DNA of 64,000 nucleotides from the human T2T-CHM13v2.0 reference genome, Homo sapiens. This document shows, piece after piece, positions 1-15,300 of the stretch. Position numbers and translations under genes: made by a program. The notes beneath the pieces are model-generated. The model did no database searches. It saw only the letters and a list, made by a program, of their open reading frames with translations, and was not told the DNA's origin. Location: assembly GCF_009914755.1 (NCBI RefSeq), contig NC_060926.1. One strand, given 5' to 3'. Position 1 is the first letter of the stretch; each line of letters begins with the position of its first letter.

Positions 1-739
1 GTATCTCTTAGCTTGGAACTTTTGTCCAAGATGCTAGGGGACTATGCCAATTTGTACACAATTGAACCAAACACAAATGCTCTCTGGATTTCTAACTAAG
101 AAGGTTCAGAGCATGTAAGGCAGTGAATAGACAGGGCAGGGTCAAGTACTCTTCACCACATGTAAAGCAGCTGAGTTAGGCTATTGAATATAACAATATA
201 CAGATTGAATTGCTGGAGAAAATGTGTTTTTGACCCCTTAGCTCGATATACCAAATAGGAAATACTGAGGAAAGTTGTCTCTTCTCATATCCATTATACT
301 TCTGAAATAGTAAAGAAGACATAAAATACATTGATTTAGGAACAGAATTCCATTGACTGACCACTGTTATAATTTCAGTAGAAACCTTTTTTATTTTAGT
401 TGATTTTACTAAATACTGATCATGCAGCTTGCATAGTTGCTGATATGTAGCAAATTCTCAGGAAAATTAGCTATCTTATTGTAAATAATAGTGATAAAAA
501 TTTAGAATTTTTCAACATAAAATTGATCCCAATTATTGAGGAAAATATTGTCACAGTCTTTTAAGTAAGTTTCTCTTATAAGCCTGATAAAACATAATTC
601 TTTGCTGGAAAACATAGTGTGGTTTTTAAATGGAAAATATTATAATGCTTTAAGAATACTTTGTTTGTATTGTAACATTTGAGATTTGTAAAACATATTC
701 CATTGAATTTTATTCTTTCCAGAAAAACATAAAAATATA

Positions 740-1870
740 AAATGAAACTGGGACTTTTGCTTCAAGATGAATTAGACTGTCAGAAGAACACTTCCACTGA
801 ATACTCCCAGAATATCTCTTTATAAGAGAGGTTATAAGGCATCAAAGACTTGAGTAGGCAAGATGGCAGAAAGAAGGAAAGAACAGAGAAGTGATCTTAA
901 CCTTCAGCTCTGCTTTTACATTGGAGGTGTTTGCTAATTAGCAGGTACTGGCAAATAGGCCGAAAAGGTCAACAGAGTTTTCAGCACTTTTAGGTATACC
1001 CCAAAGGGCTACACCCTACTTGTGAGAGAAAACAAATGAAAGTTTTGCAAAGACCAAAACTGGGATTCAAAGCTGAGCATAATGTCAGATTGAATTAAAG
1101 TGATATGTCTGACAGAAGCAAAAGTAAATCCTCTCTGGAGATAGAGCACATTGCCTAGATCCTCAAATAATTTCTATGATTTTTTGTACAAAATATCCTG
1201 TAGTCAAGTAAAAATTAAAATGTACTAAGAGACAAGATGAAATGACCAGAAATTATGATAAAAATGAACAATAAAAACAATCCACTAGAAGTCTAGATAT
1301 TGGAGTTACTAGATGGAAATGTTAAAATAATCATAATTACAGTATTAAAAAATAGTGAGAAAAATTTTATCAGGTAATTTTTATTATAGAAAGGAATCAA
1401 ATGGATATACTCTGCTCAAACAATTAAATAACTAAATTTAGAAACCTCATAGATGCTTTTAATAATAGGGCAGATAAGCTAAAGGAAAGATGAATGCACG
1501 AGAAGAGAGGTCAGTAAAATGTATTGAAAGTGAAGCACAGGGGGAAAATATGCTTATTTCTGGAAAGAAGGTAAGAGACATCGATGACATTAAAAAAAAA
1601 AACACTAAGGTATGACATATGTGTGATTAGAATACTAGAAGGAGAATAAGAAGAGAAGGAAGTAACACTATTTGAAGAGATAACAGCTGAGATAAAAGGT
1701 ATAAAGAAATTTAACAAATATGATAAACCCCAGCCAGTTTGCATATAATAAAAAATGTATCTACAAAAATTAGAATAAAACTACTAAAAACCAAAGACAA
1801 AGAGAAAATCTTAAAAGTAGCTGGATGAAAAGGACAGATCAGAATTTCATGTACCAGAAACCTAAAAGTA
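740..1870 (+). mobile_element. Ancient L1M (L1ME-like) 5'UTR/ORF1 remnant
   Basis: A-rich sense strand with L1ME-like motifs (gacagaagcaaaagtaaatcctctctggag; ctagatattggagttactag; aaagacaaagagaaaatcttaaaag). No intact ORF; boundaries approximate. Confidence 0.6.
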
Positions 1871-1879
1871 AATTTTTAT

Positions 1880-4010
1880 TTTTTTCCCCCTGATATCCAC
1901 AGCTCTGGACTTAAGGCATCCTTCAACTTAGAAGTCAGCTCCAGAGGGAACACCAGGACATTTGCTCTAGTTTTAGCTTGAGTTGCAGAAGAGAAGGATC
2001 CTAAACCATGGAGTATAAATAAATCCCCTGGGAGTTTTTTTTGGTTGTTGTTTGTTTTGTTTTCTTTATTCTACTCTCTTGTGTAGCTGTGATGGTGTAG
2101 TGACAGTGGCAGCAGAGGGGACCCGCAGGCACCTGAAACTCTCTGATCAGAGAAGGTGTGACCCGAGGAGGATGGGGAGAATGCCTGTTGCTTTTTTTTT
2201 CTCCTCCTCCCTTTCCATCACTTAGTTCTGGACACAGACACAGTCAAGGCAGAGTGAAGTAGCTATTGTCCAAGCCTTCCTGATGGACAACAGAAATGGA
2301 GACCTTCAGGAAGCTAAAAAGTACAGCGAAATTACAGTGAGCAGTTTAGAAAAAATGACTGCTTAATGTTACTCATGAGCTCGTGGGCTGACTCCTAAGC
2401 TGCCTATTCACAGATCTAACCCTAAACAATATATAAAAGGCTTTGAGAAAACTGTGGGATATACTGTCTCTTAGGTTCCAGACTATCCATTGGTTAGCAC
2501 ACACCAAACAGCACTGCAAAGTCTTTGAAAACTAAACTGACATTTTGTAATTTAAATAATAGGCTAGTTAAAATTTGTGGCCTAAACACAATTGAGTTGA
2601 TTGCCTGCTAAAGGAAAAATAACAACAGTTCCCATAGGACTTTAGAAAGATCCAGATTCCCATAACTTGGTATTGAAAATATCTTGAATACATTCCAAAA
2701 TTACACAGCATACAAAGAACCAGGAGAGTCTCAACTCACATGAGGAGAGGATCAACAGTTGTCAATGCAGAAACAACAAAACATTGTAAATATCAAATAA
2801 AGACTTTAAATCAAGGATTATTAAAGTGTTCCAAGAAGGGCTAACATTCTTGAAATGAATGAAAATATAGATTGTCTTAGCAAATAAGAGAAGATATAAA
2901 GAACCATACAGAACTTTTAGAACTGAACAACATAATAACCACAATAATAATAAAACAAAACCTCACTGAATGAGCCTAAAAGCAGAATGGAGATGATGGA
3001 GAGAGCCAGTGAATGTGAAGTAGATGAATGTGAACAACAGAGATAAAAAAGGTAAAACAAACAATCAGTCTCAGGGAACTGGTGGGACATCAAAAGATCT
3101 AAAATTTGTATCAAAGCAGACTTAGAAGGAGAGGAAAAGGAGTACAGTACAGAAAAACAATTCGAAGAATACTGCATCCAACAACTGCAGAATACAAAAT
3201 TAAACTTTTAAAATATTAAAATAATGCAAAATATTATTTGCATTATGCTGCATTATACTACAATAGATTTATACTATTGACCATTGCAAGACGATAACAG
3301 GGGAAGCCCTACATACTTAAACAATACACTTTAAAATAAGCAGTGGGTTCAAGAGGAAATCTCAAGGACAATTTGAGAATATTTTGAACTGGCGTCTACG
3401 GTCATACCACCCTGAATGTGCCCGATCTCATCTGAAAATATTTTGAACTGAATAAAAATGAAAATACAACATATCAAATGTTGTGTATGCAATTAAAACA
3501 GTGTGTAGAAGGAAATTTATAGCACTAAATGTTTATTTATAGCATCACATTTATAGCATTAATTAGAACAGCAAATATAAACCCAAAGCAAACATAAGCC
3601 AGGAAATAATACAGATAAAAACAAAAATTGATAAATTAATATAGAAAAACAATAGAGAAAACCAATAAAACCAAAAGCTGATTCTTTGAATAAATCAATA
3701 AAATTAATAAATTGCCAGTAAAACTGACAAAAAACTGAGAAGACACAAATTATAAATATCAGAAATATTACTACATACACTAGAGATATTATAAAGATAA
3801 AAAAAGAATTTTTATGAAAGACTCTATGGATGTAAATTCAACAAGTTAGATTAAATGACTCAATTTCTTGAAAACGACAAACTACCTACCAAATAGTCCT
3901 ATTCCTATAAAGAAATAGAATCTTTAGCTAAAATGCCTTCAAAAATTACGTAGATTCAAAATTCTTCATAATCTTAGATACAAAAATTTTCTTTGAGGTA
4001 TTAGCAAATA
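1880..4010 (+). mobile_element. Ancient L1M (L1MD/L1M4-like) 5'UTR, ORF1 and start of ORF2, degraded
   Basis: ORF1-like (tctcagggaactggtgggacatc) and ORF2-like motifs (gaaggaaatttatagcactaaatg; aaaccaaaagctgattctttgaa). Interrupted by the 5S fragment at 3394. Confidence 0.7.
3394..3435 (+). pseudogene. 5S rRNA 5' fragment (nt 1-42), tailless retropseudogene
   Basis: gtctacggtcataccaccctgaatgtgcccgatctcatctga matches vertebrate 5S rRNA nt 1-42 with 4 mismatches, 3 of them at CpG. Flanked by direct repeat aatattttgaactg (3378-3391 and 3437-3450). Confidence 0.93.
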
Positions 4011-4074
4011 AAACCTGGCATATATGTGTGTGTATGTACACATGCATAAACAAATATCACATAAGAAGTGAATG

Positions 4075-4425
4075 CAAAGATGATGAATACAAGAATAGTA
4101 GATTGGTGGTTACTAGAGACCAGGAAGGATGATGGCAAGGAGGGATGAGGAGAGGTTGATTGGGGGTAGAAATATACACTCAGACAGAAGAAATAAGACC
4201 TGGTGCTTGATAGATTAGTTGGGTGGGTATAGTTAACGTTAATTGATCATGCATTTTAAAATAGACAAATGAGAATAATTTGAATGTTCCTAGTGTAAAG
4301 AAACTATAAATGTTTAAGATGATGAATATCCCAATTACTCTTATTTCATTTTACGAATGTATCAAATTATCTCCTGTGCCCTGGACATATGTACCTCTAA
4401 TATGTATCAATAAAAATAAATAATT
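4075..4425 (+). mobile_element. L1MA-type 3'UTR fragment with polyA signal
   Basis: tagattggtggttactagag...agaagaaataagacctggtg...tatgtatcaataaaaataaa, typical of L1MA 3' ends. Confidence 0.75.
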
Positions 4426-4439
4426 AAATATATAAATAT

Positions 4440-6445
<2,006 letters not shown>

Positions 6446-6792
6446 AAAAATATGTATATATACATATATATTTTTCTTAACTCTTTAAAGATAACACAGT
6501 CCTTTCTTAGTAAAGTCTGCTAAATGAAACCATGAGTTGGAATTTCTTGCATGGTCAGACAACATAGCGATTCATGTCCAACAGAAGAAACATGCAAGGC
6601 ACAAATATTTCAGAGGCACAATAGAAGAGATAAATGCTGACAGTCAGCAAATAATAGGTCTCCAAAAAGTTGTAGATGTCTTCAGGGTGTGAATTAAAAG
6701 AATTTTGGAGGATAAGGCAGGATAATAGGGAAAGCATAAAAGAACAAACTTTTATTGATAGGTACATAAGCACCATGCTAGATTATCTGTAC

Positions 6793-7491
<699 letters not shown>

Positions 7492-7727
7492 TTAGTTTGT
7501 TCTTCATATAGACCAAAAACATGGAACATTGTATTACCCCTATTTTATAGGTAAAATGGAAGCTTAGAGAAAAATAAAGTGAGTCAACATTTTGAAAAAC
7601 ATAAAAATTCTTAAGAATTAAATTAAATAATTCTCAGCCGCTGCATTTTAAAGCATGCAGATGGGTGACCTTTAGGGTCCAAATCTGGAATTGGAATTTC
7701 ATATACAAACTGATCAAGAAAATCTGA

Positions 7728-8153
<426 letters not shown>

Positions 8154-8389
8154 AAGAATCTTGTTTTTTAAATCTAAAAGCTATTGTGAAATGAGCTCTG
8201 TGAAAAAGTCTTGAGGAACTAAATATACATGGACAATTAGAATTCAAACCCTATTTGCTTTGAAGCTGACCCTGACTAATGCCTGAAAACAGATAATGAC
8301 TCCAAAACCTAATATGGGTTGTCTTAGAGGTAAAGATGGCCTACTCAAAGAGCATCACAGGCTTCTCTGTGGGGGTGTAGGAGGGGCAA

Positions 8390-8570
8390 TGAATTTATCA
8401 AATACTTTGTGAGCCTGGGCTATATGTGAGATGTTTTATTAGATTTATGGAATCAAAACTTTAAAAGTTATGACCCTGACCTTGAAGATCTCCCAGTCTA
8501 GTGGTAACAAAAATAATAATATAGTGGGACTAACACAATAGTAGAAGTGTGGATATTTTGCACTGACATA
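8390..8570 (-). mobile_element. L2 3' fragment
   Basis: atgaccctgaccttgaagatctcccagtctagtgg resembles the antisense L2 3' end. Confidence 0.5.
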
Positions 8571-9119
8571 CCAATGGCAGATTGAAAATACCTCCAAGTC
8601 AACATTTGGAGACCTCAGTACCAAGGTGTCTAATCAGCTGTTTTTCCATACCTTACAACAGTATTTTAAAAACTGTACCATTCTCCCCAAGCCTCTTACA
8701 CTATATCCTCTTCCCTCATTGAGACTATATTGCCTTAATAGCAAAATAGTAATAATAATAGTAATAATAAATGCTTTAATAATCTGCAAAGAATAGCAGA
8801 AAGTTCTGTAGAAACAATTGTGTCACTAAAGTTTGAGAACTGAATTTTTCTTGATATGATGAAGACAAAAGAGGAAAAAAGACGTGATAGATATTAAAAT
8901 TCCAGTAAAGCATATGACAGAACATTTATCAAAACTTGAATGAATTAAGATGAATTCTTGGTTGATAAGTCAGCCTTGTAAATTTAAAACTCCATCTTTT
9001 TCAAAATAGTAATAATAATAATAAATACATGACAATGGCATATGAAGAAGGAATTTACAAATTTCCATTGGACTTGGGATTCAGTTCTATTTTGTTTTGC
9101 ATTTATTTTAGAACTTAAA

Positions 9120-10900
9120 ATTGCTAGATAAAATCCAATAAACTCTATGAACACATTATTAAAATTAATAAGATGATTCAGAAAAAGACACTTGTAAATT
9201 ACTTATACAATTAATTGCATGCTTTTATAACAAAAGCCAAAGTTAGGAAATGCCATTTAACTACATGCATAATAATAAAATAAAATTTTTAAAACTACAA
9301 GATCTTAGAAACAAATCTAGCAAATCTGAGCATCACTTCTAGGAAACAAATGATATAAAATTTTATGAAAATACTTTAATAAGCAACAAAATGAGAGATA
9401 AATGATAAAGATGTTTATTATCTCATTAATCTATAAATTCAATGCAATTTTAAATTATAATTCTAAACTTTATATGGAAAAGCAAGCAAGAAATGCCAAA
9501 ATATTATTTGAAAGAAGAGCAAGGTAATAACATAAGATATCGAGTCTTCTAAAACCAGTCATTTAGAGAATATGGTATTTGCACACATACGGACAAGTAG
9601 AATAAAGAACTCACTCACGCACACGTGGTAACTTGACATAAGGCAAAGATGGCATTGCAGATCAGTGGAAAAATATGAACTATTTGCTAAATGGTTCTGA
9701 AACAATTAGCTATTCATGTGGAAAAAAATATGTAATGGATCCCTGCACCACACCATACAGCAAAAATAAATTCCAGCTGGATTAAAGACCTAAATGTGAA
9801 AAGCAAACTCTGAAATGTATAAATAATAAATTTGTATCCACAGGATACTATTTCTTAAGTAACCTAAAAAAAAAAACTCAAACCATAAATAAGAAGATTG
9901 ATTATTTAAATGCATGAAAATTTTTTTTTAAATGTGCTCCTAAAGATATTATAACAAAGTGAGAAAAATGAGCTACAAAGGGGGATATATTGTATAATAT
10001 ATATCATTGTAAAGGATAAGGGACTGATGAAATGTTCCTAGAAATAGAGAAGAAAAGAAGGAGGAAGAAATAGAAGAAATAAAGGCCAAGCCAAGCCAAT
10101 ATAAAATGATCACAAGATATAAATTTTTCACAAAAAGGAAACTATAATGGCCAATAAATATATGGAAATATTCTTGATCTCATGAGAATCAAAGAAACAT
10201 AACTAATCCCACAAGAAGAAACTCTTGCCTACATATCATATTCATCCCTGTTAAAATACATAACAATACCAGATATGAGTAAGAGTGAGGAGTGACAGAA
10301 TCTTACATTCTGCTTGTGGGAATTGAAAATTCACTTTGGAGAGAAATTTGGCAATAGCTTCTGAAGATGAATATATCCTAAACCAAACAATTCCACTCTT
10401 AGAATAACACCTAGTAAAACATCCCCCTATGCAAAAGGAGAAATGTACAATTATGTACAAATCAGCAGTGTTTATAATAGAAAACCATTGGCAACAATTT
10501 AAATGTCAACAAAAGAAAAGATCAATAAATTTGTATATTGTGCAGAGGACTACAGAGCAGTAAAAAATGAATGATCTGTATCTATCCCTATCTAGCTGGA
10601 CACATCTCGCAAATAATGACTCACAAACAATCTCAACAAGTAATGTTGAGGATAAATAAAAGCAAGTTATAGAATACATTATGATGTCGTCTATTTAGGA
10701 TTAAAAGCATACAAAACAAAACTACATATTGCTTAAGGATAGAGGCAAATGTATAAATCATTAATAAACCCATGGACCAAAAAGCAACAAATAACGGCTG
10801 CGACCAAGGGGAAGGGTCAGGAATGAGATCTGAGAGGGTACATGGGGGGTTTACCTAAATTAGTATTGTTTTATTTATTAGGCTGGACACTCAGTAGATG
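9120..10900 (+). mobile_element. L1ME-type ORF2 3' end and 3'UTR, degraded
   Basis: ggcattgcagatcagtggaaaaa, aaattccagctggattaaagacctaaatgtg and ttggagagaaatttggcaatag motifs. Confidence 0.75.
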
Positions 10901-11008
10901 GACAGGTAGATATTCACTGCACCTAAAGTTACTGTACATAGGTATAGTTTCAAACTAAGGAAGGTGATGATACAAAAGTCAAGTGTTTGAAAATATGTAC
11001 CCTGTATG

Positions 11009-11009
<1 letters not shown>

Positions 11010-11074
<65 letters not shown>

Positions 11075-11180
11075 CTATATGTATATGTGAATATATGTGT
11101 ATGTGTGTACATGTAAACATGTATCTACTTATGAATACTTATGTATATATACACACATACAAATACACACATGCACACAC
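11010..11180. repeat. (AT)n(AC)n compound microsatellite with degenerate TA/CA tail
   Basis: Directly visible. Confidence 0.95.
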
Positions 11181-11695
11181 AGAACATTTGGAAAACGTTG
11201 GTAGCAACATAGAAGGGCAAATAAACAGGAAAGAATTTTGGATTTCATAGAACACTTTTCCCTTATCAAATACCATGACTGTGTTTCCAGGGAAATTTGG
11301 TGAAGTTAGACCCATCTTTCTTGTAGATCAATTGTCTGATGTTCACTGACATTCCCAGGGAAAAGCATGTGATATCTCGAGTGTAACTTCTATGAGTGGA
11401 TACAACAGCTAACTTGTTTAGCTCTGTTTCCTTGAGTTTGGCAATTAGTCTGTTTTCAATGAAAATGTGCTAATTTAATAAGCTCTTGTTTCCATACTAC
11501 AATGTATTCTCAAATCCCCTCCCAATTATACCACCTCTCTCACTATAATGTCACATCTCATAATAAAGTGTTAGACTTACTGGAGGGGAATGGGGATTTC
11601 TCCCTTTCAGGGATCCCTTCCAAAACTCTTTTCAGGGTCTGATTTTGGCCTCTCAATTGAACTTACTCCCAATTGGCATTCCAAATGTTCTAAAT

Positions 11696-11876
11696 CAATG
11701 GTCTCCAGTGTTAGGGAGCATCAGAATTCTGTAGCTGGCTAGTTAAAATACATGTTACTCGGCCCAGAATTATTTCTCCTTAAGTAAGACTAGGGTGAGA
11801 ACTGAGAAATTTGTATTTCTAGCAAGTTCCCAGGAGATGCTGTTGCTCCTAGAACCATGCTTTGAGAGTCATTGTT
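11696..11876. mobile_element. MER5-family hAT-Charlie DNA transposon
   Basis: ttgtatttctagcaagttcccaggagatgctg...ctttgagagtcattg. Confidence 0.75.
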
Positions 11877-12159
11877 CTAGATGGTCTAGTACTTACATAA
11901 ACTTTTCATAAGAGATGGTATATGAGGTTATTTTCAAAACCCTGTACCTTTAATTTTTTTTTAACTCTGTTGACCTATCATACCAAAGGGGATGCTTTCC
12001 TGAGTGTTTCTCCTTAGATCAGGATATAAGAATGTCAGAGGATTTAACAGTTATTAGTCCAGAAAATAAAGGAGAGAAACAGTAACCCAATTAGGTGTGG
12101 CAAGAGATCCTGCCCTTAGAGGAGGGACAGGTAGAAGTGGAGTCAACCAGTTCTACATA

Positions 12160-13330
12160 AACCCTCTGTGCAGTATTTGACACCGTCAATTGATTCTTTC
12201 ATCTGAAAACATTCTTGTACTTTACACCCTCCAATTTCTGAACATCTTACCTTCCAGGTTTCATTTTTATCCCTCAATTTCTTTCATGAGCTTCTCTGAC
12301 CATCCCATAAAATTGATATCCTCTATGTTTCCATCATAATTTATTTGCAAGGTGATCTTCTCTACTGTTAGGTTTTCATTTACCATTTTTGTGGAAATAA
12401 CTTTTAACTCTGTCTTTGTAACCTTCTCTGTATACCCACATTTTCAAACACCTATATGGCTCAAACTGAATGTAATTAAAATTAAACTCATTATTTCTCA
12501 AATATTCCTATGACCCTGTCTACTCCCTATTCTCCCACCCAAACTCTAATTTATTTTCCTTGCATCTCTCATCTCCCATATGCTGGGAGACAGTAAGTAT
12601 AGTGTTTACATGCATAGACATTGGAGAGAAACTGTTGCTTGATGTTAGGCAAATTACTTAATACCTCTTAAATGTTGATTTTCTCTTCTATAACATGGAG
12701 CTAATAATAAATCTTGCTTCATAGGTTTTTAAATGATGTATCAGCAGCATCAGGGGACTTATTATAAATGCAAATTCTAGGGCCCTATTCCAGACCTACT
12801 GTATCAGCAACTCGGGTAGGGCCTTGCAATCTGTGTTTTGACAAGCCCCCAGGTGATTCTGATGAATGCTAGAGTATGAGTACCATTGATCTGAGGGAAT
12901 GATCTATCCAGGCACTTAAGCCAGAAATCTGGAAAATCTTCTTTTCTTTCCCACATGTAGCCAAATTATATTGGTCATCAAGTCTCCCCAAACTCATCTA
13001 AATTTCTCATTGCATCTACTCTCCATTTCCATGTTCACTGTTGCCATAAATGCTCAAATAGATGGTTATGATTGCTTTCTGAAATCACTGCCACTGGCTT
13101 TGCCATCATCTCATTACTTCATTACAAGGCCACGAGAGTAGGGATTTAAAGAAAAATCTAATTGTATATTTCCCTCTTTTACAATTTTTTCCTACTCCTC
13201 TATCCATTCTGGAAAGAGCCCAGACTCCTTAGCATAAAGTAAGCAGTCCTTCATGACTAGCTGGAGAATAAAATTACAGACATCTTCCTCCACTCCTGCC
13301 AAGTTCCCTCTCAGCTATTCTTTCTCCCGT
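12160..13330 (+). mobile_element. L2 fragment with nested MIR (about 12590-12730) and MER5A
   Basis: L2 motifs (gcagtatttgacac; aaactcattatttc; ggaaagagcccagactccttagc) and MIR core (ttaggcaaattacttaatacctc). Confidence 0.65.
12739..12888. mobile_element. MER5A DNA transposon
   Basis: aaatgcaaattctagggccctattccagacctactg...acaagcccccaggtgattctgatg. Confidence 0.85.
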
Positions 13331-13419
13331 CCAGACTTTCCTTGTTACAGAGCTGGTGTCTGTGAGGCTTGGTATAAAGTAGCAATTCCGGCAGAGCCCT
13401 GACTCTCATATAGGCATGT

Positions 13420-13650
13420 GTTATTAGTGTGGAATGAGTATAGGTTTTAAAATCTGGCACACCCAAATTCACCCATCAGTTTTCCCTTTTAATCTTTGTG
13501 TGATTATTTAATCTTCCTGTGCTTCTGTTTCCTTATCTCTAAAATGGGAAAATCAATATAACCCACTTAATTGTGTAGTCATGAATCAGATGAGTGAATG
13601 CGTGTACTACATCTACCATAATATCTTCCTAGAGCAAGTGATCAATACGT
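13420..13650 (+). mobile_element. MIR SINE
   Basis: Core tttaatcttcctgtgcttctgtttccttatctctaaaatggg. Confidence 0.7.
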
Positions 13651-13799
13651 GAAGTGTCTCTTTTCTCTTCAATCCTCATCTTTCCAGGGTCTCATGGCTC
13701 ATAGAGGCTGTGTAGGTACTGCCATTGATATTGGTTTCTTCCTCTGATAATTGAGGTACAGCATGTTGGATGATAAATACTTTATTTTGTTCTTGGACA

Positions 13800-14270
13800 C
13801 TGTTTGGCATTTGGTTCCCAGCATCCTATCCTCTTATGGCACTCTAAATGCTCAGTAAATTATCTGTTACCCATTATGTGCAGTTTTGGTGAGAAAGTAA
13901 TTCCAGCTTCTGGCATCCCACTAAGAAAGCCAAGGGGGCCAGGTCCTTTTTCTCCCCACCATCTGATAGGGAGGGCTTAGATCCAGGACAGGAGGATAGT
14001 GAAACTCAGCCACTCTGAAACCTCTCCAGAGACTTTAACTCTTACAGGATATAGGCAAGAACTGGGTGCCCTTAGTCCTTCATCCCAGCAGAGGTATCCT
14101 GACTAGGATGTTTTCAACTCCACGATGTTTGCTGTGTTTCCATCCCTTGCCTAATGAATTTTCCAAGTAGGTCCCTCCAGGTTCCTGTCAATGCTGACTC
14201 CCCAGAGAGTCTTTCCATAAAACCATAGTTGGTTTCTGCTGATCACCTCCAAGAGGACTGATATGATATC
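13800..14270 (+). mobile_element. Old ERVL-type solo LTR (LTR33-like)
   Basis: 3' end agttggtttctgctgatcacctccaagaggactgata resembles ERVL/MaLR LTR termini. Confidence 0.4.
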
Positions 14271-15184
14271 CTTTTATTGATTTCTTCTTTTATCTTATTG
14301 AATTTAAAGACAAAGCCCTAAACCCTTTGTGATGAGAGAAAAGGTCATAATTTAAGAAGAGTTCATGTAAGCTCTTGTGAAAATGCCAGTGCTTTCAGCA
14401 TTAGAATTGTATACACCATTTGTAGGCAGTACATGACCTCAATTCTCTTTCTAGCTCCTGTTGATTAAAATTTTTTTAAAAAAACAGATTTTCATTGGAA
14501 ATGAAGAGGGAAGCATCATAACTATATTTATCACTAACAGTCCTCACTTGCCAGCGATTATCAATTAGTGAAAACAGATTTTTAGGGATTAAAACAATAA
14601 CATACAGTATTTATCTTCCAAACCATACTTCTCATTAAAAAGTCTTTCCAATTGGCCTGTAAAGGGCAATGTTGTCTTTTCTCTGTGTAGAAAGAGAAGG
14701 CTTTCAAATTTGCACCATATTTGTGTCTCTCTTCATAATTACCCATGCGTAAAATGTTTCATTTCACGCTCTTTTTTTTTTTGTAGTATTCAACAACTGA
14801 AAAGAAAGATTATTTACACTCCTAATCTACAGATCTAATACTTGGTTATCAAATCTTGTTATTTTACCCCTATGATGGTTACTGGTATAGACAACTACTT
14901 GTGACTTGTTTTGTAAATGGCACTTTAGTATGAGCTTTAAAAAAACAATTTCTTTTGCAATGTTTTATAGTTCTTAAATGAACTATATTCTTTGCAGTAA
15001 GAGTGTTCATTACAACTTAAACAAAGGCGATGTAATCACTCTAATAACAAAACTATAGCTGATTTTAATATTTCAAAGGAGTACACATAATGCAACATTT
15101 TAATTATGCTTACTTTGTTCAAACTCATATTGTCCAATTCCATTCAGAGCCCTGGTCTCCAAAAATGTCAGGATAAATTTGCTT

Positions 15185-15300
15185 CTATTAATTTATTCAA
15201 TAAATATATGTTGTATTCCTATTGTGTACCAAGCTCTGGGTTAGGTCACAGGAATCAAGACAATGGTTCCTGGGGTATGCCTTAATTTAGAATAAGGAGG
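15185..15300 (-). mobile_element. L2 3' end
   Basis: atttattcaataaatat...cctattgtgtaccaagctctggg. Confidence 0.6.

Noticed and set aside
3394-3435. Functional 5S rRNA gene
   Set aside because: Only 42 of about 120 nt are present, without the internal promoter boxes or terminator.
10891-11250. ORFs with YI/TH repeats
   Set aside because: These are translations of the dinucleotide microsatellite.
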